A stretch of DNA of 64,000 nt, taken from positions 434,001-498,000 of the forward strand of contig JBLDXI010000002.1 of assembly GCA_047495785.1 (NCBI GenBank). The letters are read 5' to 3'. Positions 62,207-64,000 of this stretch are shown piece after piece; position 1 is the first letter of the stretch, and the number at the start of each line of letters is the position of its first letter. A program made the translations under genes and the position numbers. A model generated the notes under the pieces. That model ran no database searches. It saw nothing but the letters and a program-made list of their open reading frames with translations, and was not told the origin of the DNA. The DNA comes from Lepidodermella squamata. Taxonomy: Eukaryota; Animalia; Gastrotricha.

Positions 62207-63738
62207 ACCCATTTTGACATCGGACTTGAATATAACCGGTCCATTTTCCCATTTTTTTCGTCGTTGTCTTCATGTGCCAATTAAACTCTCTGTCTTGTCA
62301 TATATCTCCTGATTTTTCCATCCGACAGAATACATTAGTGTCAATAACAATTTGAATGTTACGAAATAAAATTGTCCTTGACTATTTTGAAGTGTCCAGG
62401 TAATCGACAATGAGGCATGGTTATGCATCTCGAAATTGTTAGAATTGCAAAATAGTTTAAAATGAGGTTTCAGAACTAAAATTGGGGCGTTCGTTGGTAA
62501 TTCCGGCAATTTTCTATTCTTGATCGATGCAAATTTTGAAGCTGTACAACACGAATTTCGCCGTGAATCACAATCATATGAAAACATTGAGAGCTTGCAA
62601 TTCGCCCCGCCTCAGATTTCAGACCGGAAACGATGCCGAATTTGCAATCAAAATTATTCAGGCTTGCGCGGTTCAATAAGCACGGAAAATCTGATGATTT
62701 ACGAATTTTTAATGTTGATTTACTAGCTTTAAAATGCAATTCTATGTTGATCGGCGAAGCTCGGGCTCTCAATAATTCTAAATTCGGAATCTGCGAATAG
62801 TACTGCCAAGCTGATCACAATGCGGGCTCTAAAAGTGTATGAAGCCGCGATTTTTTGTCCAGTTCCTTACTGTTTGTCTACGATTTCGGATTATCTAGGG
62901 CCAGAATCTAATAATTTGTTCATGGCCCAAACTAAAAGTGTTCGTTACGCTAATACGATAATAGCTGTTGACTTCTATTTCAAACACAAATTTGAGATGG
63001 CCAATTAGGCTCCAGTAGTTAGCAAAATTGAATTAAGCTAAGGTGATCAGGCGGAAATTACAATGGGCGGATCCAGAGTGGGCGATGAGTGAATAAAAAT
63101 GAAGGTCGCGTGCCCACTTTTTCACGTTTTGGTGTGAATTTATGTACTATAGGAAGATCGCTAGTTTCCGATCTGTATAGAGTTGTCTATGCGGCGGAAC
63201 CGATTACAAATTTTCCCAGCTTTGATCGAACTGAAAACCTGGTTTTTGAGATGGAATTTGAGCCAATTTAGCGCGGTGCCCGATCCCAAAAGATTTTGGA
63301 CCGATACTAAGGATGGATTGATTGGATTGATTATTGCTTCACCTCTCATTTTTCGGATTACCCAATTATCGATCGCTCAAGGTTTTATCATTCTTAGCAT
63401 AATAAACATAGGACCGCGGAACTGGTTAGGATCGCAAGAATGAGCTCACCGTATGTACCGATGGAACTGGTTGGGATGATCCCTAAACGAGGATACATAC
63501 ATATGGAAAGTTGAGCACTATGGCGTAGTGAATTCCAATGCATTAGGTGCGTAAAAGGTTAATTCAGATGTCAAGATCGGCTCCAAATAATAAACTGCGA
63601 CATGACTCGCAAGTCAAGCGCTGATGAACTGGAAAGACACTCGGCGAGGATTTCCAGGATAATTAAATGAGTTTTATCGAGCTTCAGATTAAACTTATAA
63701 GCGGCATTCTCAAACCTACGCTCCGATTTGTTGGCGAG

Positions 63739-64000
63739 ATGAATCAGTCAATTTGCCCGGTTTGTTATCAGCCTTCGTTTCTAAATGCTGGTTCCAAGTT
63801 CCAACAATCTATATATTTTGCAGGTTTGCGCAGCCTTCACCGATGGCAAGAAACGCTGTGGCGCTTTGGTTTGTGAAGCTTGCAAAAGATTCTTTTTGCG
63901 GCTAAGAACTTCCCCGGACTGCCTCGACCACATCGAGTGTCAAAAAACGCGAGCCAGACTCAGCAAAAATGGCTCATTGTTTCGCAACTCCTGCAGAAAA
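63739..64000 (+). CDS. Lineage-specific nuclear receptor, 5' part, runs off the window; exons 63739-63759, 63824->64000
   Basis: MNQSICP|VCAAFTDGKKRCGALVCEACKRFFLRLRTSPDCLDHIECQK...RNSCRK. Confidence 0.9.

Noticed and set aside
59913-63450. Short ORFs 59913-60164 and 62270-63443, and a GGGCGGATCCAG hAT-like end at ~63065
   Set aside because: No domains; the first overlaps a receptor 3' end out of frame; no matching second terminus was found for the hAT-like end.
1-64000. Species or phylum assignment and trans-spliced operons
   Set aside because: Gene content shows a compact invertebrate genome but does not identify the taxon; acceptors before several ATGs can be explained by ordinary 5'UTR introns.

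Overview
This is intron-containing, gene-dense, AT-rich animal (invertebrate) genomic DNA, not prokaryotic DNA. Most introns are about 45-60 nt, so the supplied ORFs are exon fragments and their GTG/TTG starts are not real. I rebuilt the gene models by hand from splice sites, reading-frame continuity and paralog comparison; none is confirmed by transcript data. In order the window holds: three CD36/SR-B scavenger receptors with an intronless ankyrin gene among them; an orphan 876-aa secreted, probably GPI-anchored protein; two GT10 alpha-1,3-fucosyltransferases; an aminergic-like GPCR with degenerate motifs; ANKUB1 with an antisense 7TM gene nested in an intron; two PAP2/PLPP6-like phosphatases; a signal peptide-sushi-sushi-ankyrin fusion gene; a truncated nuclear receptor; an EGF/C-type lectin mosaic gene; an ~8 kb stack of non-autonomous transposons with a SINE and a LINE relic; and a tandem nuclear-receptor array interrupted by an intronless GABA-B-like class C GPCR. 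Three signals stand out. (1) All seven nuclear receptors have a rewired DNA-binding domain: the second zinc module is H-x2-C-x17-C-x2-C instead of C-x5-C-x9-C-x2-C, finger 1 carries an extra Cys, and two copies are independently reduced to DBD-only forms. (2) One gene appears to encode a secreted sushi-ankyrin protein. (3) About one in five modelled introns ends in AAG.
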